This document shows positions 9,938 through 22,382 of a stretch of 64,000 bases of DNA, in pieces. The notes below the pieces were generated by a model. It saw nothing but the letters and a program-made list of their open reading frames with translations. It was not told the DNA's origin and did not search any database. The translations under genes were made by a program, and so were the position numbers. Numbering within the stretch: position 1 is the stretch's first letter; each line of letters starts with the position of its first letter. The stretch covers positions 16,368,001-16,432,000 of the forward strand of contig NC_042999.1 of assembly GCF_006345805.1 (NCBI RefSeq), in the 5' to 3' direction. Source of the DNA: Octopus sinensis (lineage: Eukaryota).

Positions 9938-12801
9938 CCAGCTCAGAGGAGACCAAGGACCAGTTCTACAAAGATCTCAACTGTGTCCTAGAAAATATAC
10001 CAACGACTGAAAATATCTACCTTCTAGGGGATTTTAACGCTCGCGTGGGATCTGACCATGATTCGTGGCCCATTGTGTTGGACACTTTGGTATTGCAACA
10101 TGAATGATAATGGTCAGAGACTACTCGAATTCTGCACATACCACAACCTGTGCATCACAAACACATTCTTTACCAGCAAGCCATCCCACAAGGCATCCTG
10201 GAGACATCCAAGATCTCACCACTAGCATCAGCTGGATCTCATCATTACACGGAGATCCTTTCTGAGTTCCACTCTATTGACCCGCAGTTACCACAGTGCG
10301 GATTGTGACACAGACTAATTAGAAGCCGGGTGAGGATTCTCCCTAAAAAAGTCCATCGCTCCAAGAAAGTGGGCCGACCACGCATCAACACCGCCAGAAC
10401 CTCGGACCCTACACTGCGAAAATGTTTTGCTGCTTCTATCAAGGTTGCCCTCAGTAGCTGCCCAACCTCCTCTGCTGAAAGTAGGTGGGACTATATCAGG
10501 GAAGCCTTGTATACGACATCATTGGATACTTTCGGCATGAGAGAAAGGCAAAACCCAGATTGGTTCAATGCTGGGCTCTCAGAGCTGGAGCCAGTTATCG
10601 AAGCAAAGCGTGCAGCTCTGGTGCAATACAAGAGTGACTCTTCTACAAAGTCACTCGAAGAACTCAGAAAGGCACGAAATAAAACCCAACTGACAGCCAG
10701 ATGCTGTGCAAATAGGTATTGGCAGGAAATCTGTCAGAGTATCCAGTCAGCTGCTGACAGGGGCGACACCCGTGGGATGTATGCCGGTTTGAAGAAGGCC
10801 CTCGGTCCATCCGCAACCATGTCAGCCCCTCTGAAATCAACTACTGGAGATCTCATCAGGATCAAGGCAAGCAATGGATAGATGGGTGGAGCACTACCAG
10901 GATCTCTACTCACGGGAGACCACAGTGGCTGAGGCTGCAGTCGAGAGTGTCAAGATCTTGCCAGTCATGTGCGAACTTGACAGTCCGCCATCTATAGCAG
11001 AGCTCACCAAGGCTGTTGACTCCCTAGCAAGAAATAAGGCTCCGGGAAAAGACGGCATCCCCTCAGAGATCATCAAAGCCGGCAAAAAAACCATCCTGCT
11101 TCGGCACCTTCATGAGCTTCTGTGTCAGTGCTGGGAAGAGGGTACAGTCCCTCAGGATATGCGGGATGCCAACATCATTACGCTCTACAAACACAAAGGT
11201 GACCGTGGTGATTGTAACAATTACCGTGGTATATCCCTTCTAAGCACTGTTGGAAAGACCTTTGCCCGCGTTATCCTGGCCAGGCTACAACTACTTGCTT
11301 CTCGAATCTATCCGGAATCGCAGTGTGGCTTTAGAAGAAGCAGATCAACTATCGATATGATATTCTCCATACGCCAACTTCAGGAGAAGTCCAGAGAGCA
11401 GAAAATGCCATTATATATGGCCTTCATTGATCTAACAAAGGCTTTTGACTCGGTAAGCAGAACAGGCCTCTTCCTCCTGCTCCAAAAAATCGGATGTCCA
11501 CCAAAGCTGCTGAGGATCATCAAGTCTTTCCATGAACATGCAAGGCACCATACAGCACAACGTTTCAACATCAGCCGCCTTCCAAATAAAAAACGGGTAA
11601 AGCAAGGCTGTGTCCTCGCTCCTACATTGTTTTGCATCTTCTTTCTTCTCACTTTGCTGTCACATGCCTTTCAGACATCAGATGATGGAGTGTTTCTGCA
11701 CAGTAGAAGTGACGGGAAACTGTTCAATCTCTCGCGCCTGCGTGCCAAGACCAAAATCAGAAACGTCCTGATCAAGGAGATTTATTTGCTGATGATGCCG
11801 CTCTGGTAACACACAAGAAGAAGCCCTCCAAAGGCTCATTAACTGTTTTGAGCAAGCATGTAACGACTTTGGCTTAGCTATCAGCCTTAAGAAGACCAAC
11901 ATCATGGGCCAGGCTACATCGGACATCCCAAACATACATATTGGAGACCACAGATTACAAGAGGTGGAGAAGTTTACCTATCTGGGCTCTACCGTCACTA
12001 CAACCTATCCCTTGACGCTGAGCTCAATATACGCATTGGCAAGGCAGCTGCTGCGATGGCCCAACTCTCCAAACGGGCTTGGGACAACAATAAGCTGACC
12101 AAGACCACAAAAATGAAGATCTACCAGGCATGTGTACTCAGCACTCTACTGTATGGAAGCGAGACCTGGACGCTATACACACGCCAAGAGCGTCGCCTAA
12201 ACATCTTTCACCTGCGCTGCCTCCGAAAAATCCTCCACATCAAATGGCAGAATCATATCCCCAACAAAGATGTCCTCAGGCAAGCAGGAATACCAAGCAT
12301 GTTTGCACTCCTCACACAAAGACGTATGAGATGGCTTGGGCATGTTAGCCGTATGAAAGATGGCAGAATCCCCAAGGACATACTCTACGGAGAGCTTGCT
12401 AGGGGTACTAGGTCTGTGGGTAGACCGATCTTACGTTACAAGGATGTTTGCAAAAGGGATATGAAGGCCTGCAACATCAACATTAGCGGTTGGGAGGCAG
12501 TCGCCGGCAACCGTGGAGAATGGCGACGTACAGTAAAAGAGGGTATACAGAGGAGTGACAGAAAGAGAGAGGAGAAATGGAAAGAAAGGAAGAGACATAA
12601 ACAAGAGACCATGGCACTACAACCAGCCAGGAACAGTCTTCGCTACATTGCAGTACCTGCCAGAGGGAGTGTTTGTCCAGGATAGGACTACACAGCCACA
12701 GCAAGAAATGTAACAGGAAATAAAATATAACACGCCGGACTAGACCTAGAAAAAAAAATGCGCAACTCCATTGTCTCCCGAGACAGAAAGGATGCCAAAC
12801 A
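9938..12801 (+). mobile_element. RTE-clade LINE (BovB-like), 5'-truncated, ORF broken by frameshifts and stops
   Basis: APE endonuclease motifs (LLGDFNARVG, HQLDLII) and RT motifs (KAPGKDGIP, NYRGISLLS, ESQCGFR, FIDLTKAFDSV, VKQGCVLAPTLF, LFADD); RTE-type 3' end CCATTGTCTCCCGAGACAGAAAGGATGCC. Inserted in (TA)n with possible TSD ATATATCAA. Confidence 0.96.
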
Positions 12802-12813
12802 ATATATCAATAT

Positions 12814-12862
<49 letters not shown>

Positions 12863-12960
12863 ATATTCTGACTTGAAAGACTTCACCAGGTGGTGCTATT
12901 AAGTCAGACATGGCCTGGGCCAATAATGGCCGAAACCTATCAAAGTATCAAAGTATCAAA

Positions 12961-13008
<48 letters not shown>

Positions 13009-13015
13009 ATATATG

Positions 13016-13047
<32 letters not shown>

Positions 13048-13554
13048 TAAATACATACATACATACATACATACATACATACATACATACATACATAACC
13101 TCTAATTATTGGGGCCCCGGGATACGTAACACACTGCCTGTATACCTATCTTGAGAAATTAGTCTTCTCAAAACCAGAAAGGAGAAAGCTAATTCGAAGA
13201 CTACAGATCCAATCCATCTCTGATACTGTGATAGTCTGTAAAACTTTCCAGAAGTTTATCATTTAAATATATATGAGCATGTCCTGTCCAGATATGCAAC
13301 TATATGCACGAGAATACATTCGTAAAAGAAAAGATATAAATCTACACATATACATGCATGCTTACATACAATCAAAAATACCCTGTTGTTGATGCCGAAA
13401 TTTCAATGAACAAACCTTGGATCTAGTTTAGAAACCGGCTTTTTTTCTATTGGCAAGAAATCTTAAAACAAACTGAACAATGACACACACGCACACACAC
13501 ACACATACACATACACGCACATATATACACACACACACATACACATGTAAGGTG

Positions 13555-13800
13555 TTGAAGGCGCGTGGCCAAGAGCTTAAAGTATTGCAGTCACAATTAA
13601 TAGCTCTTCGCTGGTAGTTAGCTATAAATGGTTAATCCTGCGACAGAGTAGCTTTCCGATCGGAAGGCGGGGGAATGTTGGGCTGCTCACCTAGCCAGCG
13701 GGGTGGTGTGATTCCAAAGCTAAAACGATGCAAAGCTCACTGTAACTAGCGATGTATAACAGTATCTGATAGTCTGGTCGATCACATGATCACACGATGT
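13555..13800 (+). mobile_element. Degenerate SINE with family-E-type 3' tail
   Basis: GAAGGCGCGTGG head; tail CCTAGCCAGCGGGGTGG...CTGATAGTCTGGTCGATCAC resembles 32010-32116. Confidence 0.55.
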
Positions 13801-14169
13801 ATAAGGTGGTTAGAGGAACATCGATCGTAGTAAATATGTCTCTAGCTTCCAGCATTCGATTGATTAGTAAGATATTCCATGGGAAAATTAACAAATTAAA
13901 TAGTTAAATAATCAATTAATAATCTTGCATGCTTCCGTTACAAAATTTGAAAGAATTTTGAAAAGATAATTATTTCACTCCTCGAAGTTGCAAAAGTTAC
14001 GTATAGCATGAGGCAAATGTGTACAGATATTAAGAGACAATAGCAGATCATTTTCTGTCATATGTTTCGGTAGCAAGGCAATTTATTTATTATATGCGTA
14101 TTATGTCACGGGATACGCCTGTCAGGTCTTCAAGTCACCGGACTGCTTACGTCATACAATTCGATTTTT

Positions 14170-14390
14170 AAGGCGGCGAGATAGCAGAAACGTTAGCACG
14201 CCGGGTGAAATGCGTAGGGATATTTCGTCTGTCTTTACGTTCTGAGTTCAAATTTCACCGAGGACGATTTTGCCGTTCATCCTTTCTGGGTCGATAAATT
14301 AAGTACCAGTCGCATACTGGGGTCAATCAAACCGACTGGGCCCCCTCCAGCAAAATTTCGGGCCTTGTGCTTAGAGTAGAATAGAATATA
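14170..14390 (+). mobile_element. SINE family A
   Basis: AAGGCGGCGAG head, GAGTTCAAATTTC B box, family body. Confidence 0.88.
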
Positions 14391-14439
14391 ATTCGATTTT
14401 TTCTTCCTAGTACGGTTTGAACTGCTTTTGTTCGTACTA

Positions 14440-14441
14440 TA

Positions 14442-14496
<55 letters not shown>

Positions 14497-14546
14497 GATG
14501 TGTGTGTGCGTGTGTATGTGTGTATAAATATACATATATGTATATA

Positions 14547-14619
<73 letters not shown>

Positions 14620-14836
14620 ATATATATATATATATGTATGTGTGTATATATTTATGCCTGAGCAAAAATACAATCGCGTAATTCATCATTTTGAAGTAGA
14701 CGCATTAATATACGACGGTGTGTGTATATATTCATTTGTCCATGTATACGCATGCAAGCAGCATAATTATGATTCGGATGCACATATATGTATAACCATA
14801 TGCATATACGTTAATATATGTATCTATGTATGTATG

Positions 14837-14902
<66 letters not shown>

Positions 14903-14963
14903 CGTTCATATGTGTATGTATATACATACATACACATATATATACGCACATACATACATACAT

Positions 14964-14996
<33 letters not shown>

Positions 14997-15067
14997 CATA
15001 CACATATATACATGTGCAAATAGATACATAAACACATATATATATACATAAGTATATTTGTATATAT

Positions 15068-15099
<32 letters not shown>

Positions 15100-15180
15100 G
15101 TATATACATACATACACATACGTTCATATATACATATACATACACACATACATATACATATATACACACATATATATATC
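14440..15180. repeat. Compound (TA)/(TG)/(CA) microsatellite block
   Basis: Direct reading. Confidence 0.95.
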
Positions 15181-15699
15181 AATGGCTTATTCGTGCATAT
15201 AAAATACATGTAGATACGCAAAATGCAATAATACGCACAGATACGACCACACACGTACACAGAATCACAACTGCACAGATGCCCAACCAAATACACATGG
15301 GACATAGATGCAGATAAAAACAGAGTAACGGACTATTTACTCAGAACTGATCGGTTATCATGTAAATCTGAGATGGCTATGTGTCACGGTGGCTATCAAC
15401 TGCGAAGCATTGGTGGTAACTCATCTATCTTATTCTCTAGTCGACAAATTTGCTAATGCCTCCACTTGTAGATGATAGCCGTATGTAATGCTGTAATGAA
15501 TATTATGTAGATGCTGATAAGAAATGTAATCTGGATTGGCTTAAAAGGTTATAAATCACAAGAAAATAATTGAACTGCACCATGCCATGAAATAAATAAT
15601 ATATAAATATATATATATATATATTTCTCATTTTTTATCCTTCAATTGTTATTTTAACATGGGTAATCTTACAGAGATATATTTTTCACTCACATATTC

Positions 15700-15712
15700 A
15701 TCTATCTATCTG

Positions 15713-15792
<80 letters not shown>

Positions 15793-15828
15793 CCTACCTA
15801 CCTACCTATCTATCTATCTATCTATCTC

Positions 15829-15901
<73 letters not shown>

Positions 15902-15930
15902 ATATATATATATATATATATATAGATAGA
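15700..15930. repeat. (TATC)n tetranucleotide repeat, mirrored by (GATA)n at ~16172-16265
   Basis: Direct reading. Confidence 0.95.
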
Positions 15931-16176
15931 TAGATATACAATAAGAGACTTCCAAATAGGAAAGCGTTGTGCTAGAAAGAGCAGTAGAAATCTCAAAACC
16001 ACAAAAAGGATAAATTCTCGAAAGGAATGAAAATTAAAAACGTTTACCATCTCTACTATTTCCCAGACCATGGTTTCTAACTATTTCCAGCAAAAAAATA
16101 TTCGCTGAAGGCCAGTTTTCATCAGTGGGATAGCCTTTAGATTTCAGACATACAGACAGCCAGATACACATAGATG

Positions 16177-16237
<61 letters not shown>

Positions 16238-16842
16238 CTAGCTAGCTAGATAGATAGATAGATAGATGAATGAACATGTGAGTGAAAAATATATTTATGT
16301 AAGATTACCCATGTTAAAATAACAATTGAAGGATGAAAAATGAGAAATGGCTGAGAGACAGGGAGATAGAAAGGACAGACATTTGTGTTGTAGGGGTGGT
16401 AGGATTGAGAGAAGGAATATGAGATACAGAGTGAATTCAAAGCAAAAAGGGGAATATAGGGGGTGAAGAAATAAGGGGTCGTGGTAGGGAGAGTGAGAAG
16501 AGAAATCAGAAAGACACATATAGCATTAATAAGAGAACTCTTTGAGGGTGACGAAGAAGAAAAATTCGTACAGGCTGTGTAAATGCCATGGGTGTGAAGC
16601 AAAGATATGTGTATGCATGAATGCACCAACAGACCACGCGCGCGCACGCACACGCACGCACATAGACGTACATGCATAAATATATGTATGTATATATATA
16701 CACATACTTACAGAATACAACCATACAAACATAAATACATACATACTGTTCCTTATAGTATGTAAGGCGACCAGTTAAGGCTCACCTCTTTTGTGTTTAA
16801 ATGTACACTAATTTTATATATATATATATATATGTGCATAAA

Positions 16843-16905
<63 letters not shown>

Positions 16906-17049
16906 ATATATATATATATATTATATATATATATATATATATGTATATGTATATATGCATATATATGCATATATACATAGTGGGCAAACAAAAATATGAG
17001 ACACTGCGTGGTGATTTTTTATATTTTGATAGGCCTGATATTTATTCTA

Positions 17050-17330
17050 TTAGTTTCTTCTTGTGAAACCAGTAAGGTATGGGGATGTAAATAAACGAAC
17101 ACCAGTTGTGAAGCAGTGATGCGGGAGGAACACAAAGACACACACATAGACTTACATATATACATACATATACATACAATTGATTTCTTTCAGTTTCTGC
17201 CTACAAAATCCACTGACAAGGTTTGGTCTGAGGCGTTAGCAGAAGACACATGCCCAGTTACCACACAGTGGGACTGAACTGAGGACCATGTGCTTTGGAA
17301 TGAAGTTTGTTACCACACAACCAAACCTGC
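17050..17330 (-). mobile_element. SINE family B, degenerate
   Basis: TTTCTTTCAGTTTC...AAATCCACT...GTGGGACTGAAC...GTTACCACACAACCA matches B in reverse. Confidence 0.75.
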
Positions 17331-17621
17331 ACCTATGTATGTGTGTGTGTGGGTGGGTGGAGGTGTGTGTGGGTGGGTGGAGGTGTGTGTGTATGGGTGG
17401 GTGGAAGTGTGTGTGTATGGGTGTATATATGTATGCATGTATATATGTGTATATATATGTGTATATATTACATGTACATCTATATATACATACACATCTA
17501 GACATACATGTATACATATACATATATATCTATAGAAATGCATCTATACATATACATGTATACATATACATCTATACATATACAGCTATACTTATACATG
17601 AATACATATACATCTATATAT

Positions 17622-17681
<60 letters not shown>

Positions 17682-17808
17682 CATATACATCCTTATACAT
17701 ACAATAGAGAGCTGTTTTCATTTCACTTTTAACACGTAATACTGAAATAGTGGAGAAGATATGATATTGCTGTGGGCCCACCCTAGGCAAGAAGTTAAAC
17801 ATTTTTTT

Positions 17809-17941
17809 ACCCATGACACTACATGAACCCTAAGTAAGACATGTCTAAAATTTGAATGAAATTGGTTGCGTAGTTCTCAAGTTTTAGGGATTGATACAAA
17901 CAGACAGACAGACACACATTCGCAGTTTTATATATATAGAT
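17809..17941 (+). mobile_element. Helentron/DINE-1-like non-autonomous element 3' portion
   Basis: AAATTTGAATGAAATTGGTT...GTTCTCAAGTTTTAG...ACAGACAGACAGAC...TTTTATATATATAGAT architecture; duplicated at 18748-18870. Confidence 0.65.
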
Positions 17942-17949
17942 ATACTAGG

Positions 17950-18690
17950 AAGGGATTACCATTAGCTAAGGACTTGGAGGAAGCAATGGAATCTGTCTCT
18001 GCAGCTCAGGTGTCGGCCAAGAGACTGGCGTTAAACCAGCATCTCGAAGCCCAACATATGGGTTGCATTGTTGGAGCCAGGATTCGTACATTGGTTGTGA
18101 AGGAATCAAGACAGCAGGATGGGCCCGAGTGGTGGAAGCCCAACGTGGCAATGATGGCACAATTCGATCTTTGATGAACCAAAGTGGTAAGTTGATAAAC
18201 GAGCCAGAGGAGATGCGTGAGGTCTTTCAGGAGCACTTCGCCCAGCTTTTCGGGGTGGGGGTAGCGGACCGCACAGTAAGAGGGACCTAACGGATTTCCT
18301 CACCGGGCTACCGCGCCTCTCGGAGCTTGACGCGGAATGTTGTGAAGGGCCGATCACGCCTGAGGAGGTAATTGAGGCTATGGCGCACCACGACGCGAGT
18401 AAGGCACCGGGACTGGATGGTCTACCCTGTGAACTGTATAAGAGGATGCCAGACTTGTTCGGGCACCAGCTGGCGAATGTCTACGTGAACTGACAGCAGA
18501 ATGGGTTCATTCCCAGATCTGTGCGCCGGGGAATGGTGAGGCTTGTCAGAAAGGACCCGAACAAGTGGGGACTGCATTGATAATTTTCGGCGCATCACTC
18601 TGCTAAACACAGAGTTGAAGATTTTGAGCAAAGTGTTCTCGAAAAGATTGGCACGTGTCGCGGATGGCTTGATCGGGAAGGCACAGGCAT
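17950..18690 (+). mobile_element. Tx1/L1-clade LINE internal fragment (linker plus RT N-terminus), pseudogenised
   Basis: Translates as ...VFQEHFAQLF...CEGPITPEEVIEAM...KAPGLDGLPCELY...DNFRRITLLNTELKILSKV, with stops and a frameshift; GC-rich against the flanks. Confidence 0.9.
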
Positions 18691-18747
18691 AGCGTCGACT
18701 GTGGGCCTGTAGGTGTGTACAGTCGCCTCAATGCCGCCCAGAGCTTT

Positions 18748-18861
18748 GCCCATGGCACTCCATGGACCCTAAGTAAGGCATGTATAAAATTTGAATGAAA
18801 TTGGTTATGTAGTTCTCAAGTTTTAGGGATTCACACAGACTCAGACACACATTCTCAATCT

Positions 18862-18870
<9 letters not shown>
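18748..18870 (+). mobile_element. Helentron/DINE-1-like 3' portion, second copy
   Basis: Clear similarity to 17809-17941. Confidence 0.65.
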
Positions 18871-18942
<72 letters not shown>

Positions 18943-19038
18943 ATATATATGCATATATATATATATGCATATATACACATCCATTTTACGGAGATATAGA
19001 ATAACTGAGAAACAAAATATGGAAAGAGAAATAAATAG

Positions 19039-19080
<42 letters not shown>

Positions 19081-19359
19081 ATACGGAAGGAGAGATGGAG
19101 AAGGGGATGGAAAGATTGAGAAAGAGAGGAGTGAGAAAGACAGAGAGAGAGAGAGAGAGATAGAGACAGAGAGAGAGAGCGACAGAGAGAGAGAGAGACA
19201 GAGAGAGAGAGCGACAGAGAGAGAGAGAAAGAACTTATGTTTGAGTTAAGAAGTTTGAAGGAAAACATTTGATTCTGTGAAAGGAAATGGACTGTTGGTC
19301 TATTTAATATAACTCATTTCTGGAACTGGGAAACAGAGAACGGAGACGACAACAGTGTC

Positions 19360-20216
19360 AAGAGCAACAATAACAACAACAACAACAACTACAGCTAACA
19401 GATGCATCATAAGCAAAAAGTACCAGTGATAATAATGAAAATGATATTAACAAGAATGAAGATGATGACGGTGATGATGATGATGATGATGATAATAATA
19501 ATAATAATATTAATGACAATAGAGATAATAATAACGATTACAACAGCAACAACAATAAAGATGATGACGGCGACGACGACGATGATGATGATGATGAGAC
19601 GACGATTATGATGATGACGATGACGACGATAGTGAGGAAGGTGATGACGACGACCATGACCATGACGATGATGATAACGATGACGATGATGATTATGGTG
19701 AGGATGATGATGATGATGAGACGACGATGGTGACGAAGATGATGACGATGACCATGACGACGATTATGATGATGACGATGACGACGATGGTGAGGAAGAT
19801 GATGACGATGACGATGACCATGACGATGATGATGATGATAATGATGACGACGATGATGATGACGATGATGATGATTATGGTGAGGACGATGATGATGATG
19901 ATGAGACGACGATTATAATGATGACGATGACGACGATGGTGAGGAAGATGATGACGATGACCATGACGACGACGATGATGATGATGATGATGATGATGAA
20001 AACATCAATAACAAGAACAATAGCAACAACATTATTATTATTATTAATAATAATCATAATAATAATAACAACAATGATAATAATAATCATAATAATGATA
20101 ATAATAATAATGATGATGATAATAACAATACTAGTAACAGAAGCATCATCATCATCACCACCAGCACCACCACCATCATCATCATCATCATCATCATCAT
20201 TGCCATCATCTTCATC

Positions 20217-20248
<32 letters not shown>

Positions 20249-20285
20249 CATCATCACCATCATCATCATTGCCATCATCTTCATC

Positions 20286-20317
<32 letters not shown>

Positions 20318-20360
20318 CATCATCATTATCCTCCTCCTCGTCGTCGTCATCATCATCATC

Positions 20361-20422
<62 letters not shown>

Positions 20423-20449
20423 CATCATCATCACCATCATCATCATTGC

Positions 20450-20493
<44 letters not shown>

Positions 20494-21171
20494 CCATCAT
20501 CAACATTTACTGCAGTGGTAAACAAAAAAAACCATATTGCTTTCTGCCATGCAGAAAAAAAAAAGAAAAACAGAAAAACAAGAATAGAAACAAAAACAAC
20601 AGCGAAAATAACGCAAAAGCAACAACAACAACAACAACAAACATAGCCATTAATGTCATTCGGTGACATTCCAGGAGTAAAGAGTAAATAAAAAAGAAAA
20701 AAAATGCAATGATTCCGGATATATTCGTATTAGTTTTCTGCAACAGAACTGAATGCGAAAATAAAACAAAAATAACAAAAGAAAAAAAGCAAAAAAAAAG
20801 AAGAAAAAAAAGCGAGTGAAACGGCTCAATATACTGATTAAGTAATGGATCATATATCAATTGTTATTTGTCATCATGTACAGCATCATCCGCATCGTGA
20901 ATGTCACCATCACCGTCGTCGTCGTCGTCGTCGTCGCCATCATCATCATCATCATCATCATCGTCATCATCATCATCATCATTGTCATCAGTATCCTCCT
21001 CCTCCTCCTCCTCCTTATAATCATCATAGGTATCATCTTCATCATCGTCGTCGTCGTCGTCGCCACCATCATCATCATCATCATCATCATCATTGTCATC
21101 AGTATCCTCCTCCTCCTCCTCCTTATAATCATCATAGGTATCATCTTCATCATCGTCGTCGTCGTCGTCGC

Positions 21172-21204
<33 letters not shown>

Positions 21205-21935
21205 TGTCATCAGTATCCTCCTCCTCCTCCTCCTTATAATCATCATAGGTATCATCTTCATCATCGTCGTCGTCGCCGTCATCATCATCATCGTCATCAT
21301 CGTCATCATTATCCTCATCATCATTGCAGTCATCATCATCATCATCGTCATCATTATCCTCCTCATCATCATCGTCATCATCTTTACGGGTATCATCATC
21401 ATCGTCGTCATCGTCGTCGCCATCATCATCATGATCATCATGATCATCGTCATCAGTATCCTCCTCCTTATAATCATCATAGGTATCATCTTCATCATCG
21501 TCGTCGTGACCGTCATCATCATCATCATCGTCATCATTATCCTCATCATCATTATTGCAGTCATCATCATCATCGTCATCATTATCCTCCTCCTCGTCGT
21601 CGTCATCATCATCATCATCATCATTGTCGTCATTATCATCATCGTCATCATCTTTACGGGTATCATCATCATCGTTGTCGTCGTCATCACCATCATCGTC
21701 ATCATCGTCATCGTCATTATCATCGTGATCATCCTCGTCATGGTAGTTGTCATCGTCATTGTCCTCCTCCTCCTCCTCCTCCTCATCATCATCATCATCA
21801 TCATCATCATCGCCATGGACATCATCGTCCTCAACCTCAACACCCATCGCCTTCTTCTCCTGCTCCTACTCATCCCTTCAACCTCTCCCCTCTCCTCCTC
21901 ATTATCATCACCATCACCATCATCACTACCATCCA
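19360..21935. repeat. 2.6-kb compound trinucleotide array (GAT/AAT/GAC, then CAT/CCT/CGT) with higher-order repeats
   Basis: Direct reading; ~100-bp unit CATTGTCATCAGTATCCTCC...TTATAATCATCATAGGTATCATCTTCATC repeated about 4 times; A-rich spacer 20520-20870. Confidence 0.95.
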
Positions 21936-22382
21936 TCCAAATTCAAAGCAATGCTTCCCCCCTCTCTTCTTCTTCCGGGTTTTGCTTGCATTAATAAGAG
22001 ACTGGCAACACTCAAATGCTGATCACCCTACCAACTGTTGAATTAATAGGTTATTTGCGAGAACATATGTGTGCTTAGTTATAGCTGTCACATTATTCTC
22101 ATTAGCTTGTCCTCTGTGGTATCTTTAAAATGTGTGGAATTCAGTTTAAACACATGCATTAAATTTTTAAACTTTAGGATAGCTTAATCTCTTAAAAGAG
22201 AATACAGAGACAGTCAGAAAATCTCCACAAAGGCGTCATTTTATCAGTAAACTTAATTCTTTTTTCACTGCTATGGCAGACTAGACCAGTTTTTATGGAC
22301 AACGAAAGTTGCGATATATCTCTGCATAAGAAAGTATGATGGAAGCTACAACATGCGGATATCATTGTTTGGACTATCATAA

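Noticed and set aside
12865-12960. Hammerhead-like GGCC-AATAAT-GGCC-GAAAC
   Set aside because: Stem II and GAAA are present but there is no CUGANGA-equivalent core and no convincing stem I.
20845-22041. His-rich, Ile-rich and Met-rich ORFs of 360-400 aa
   Set aside because: Overlapping frames on both strands are open, as expected for (CAT)n; not called as CDS.
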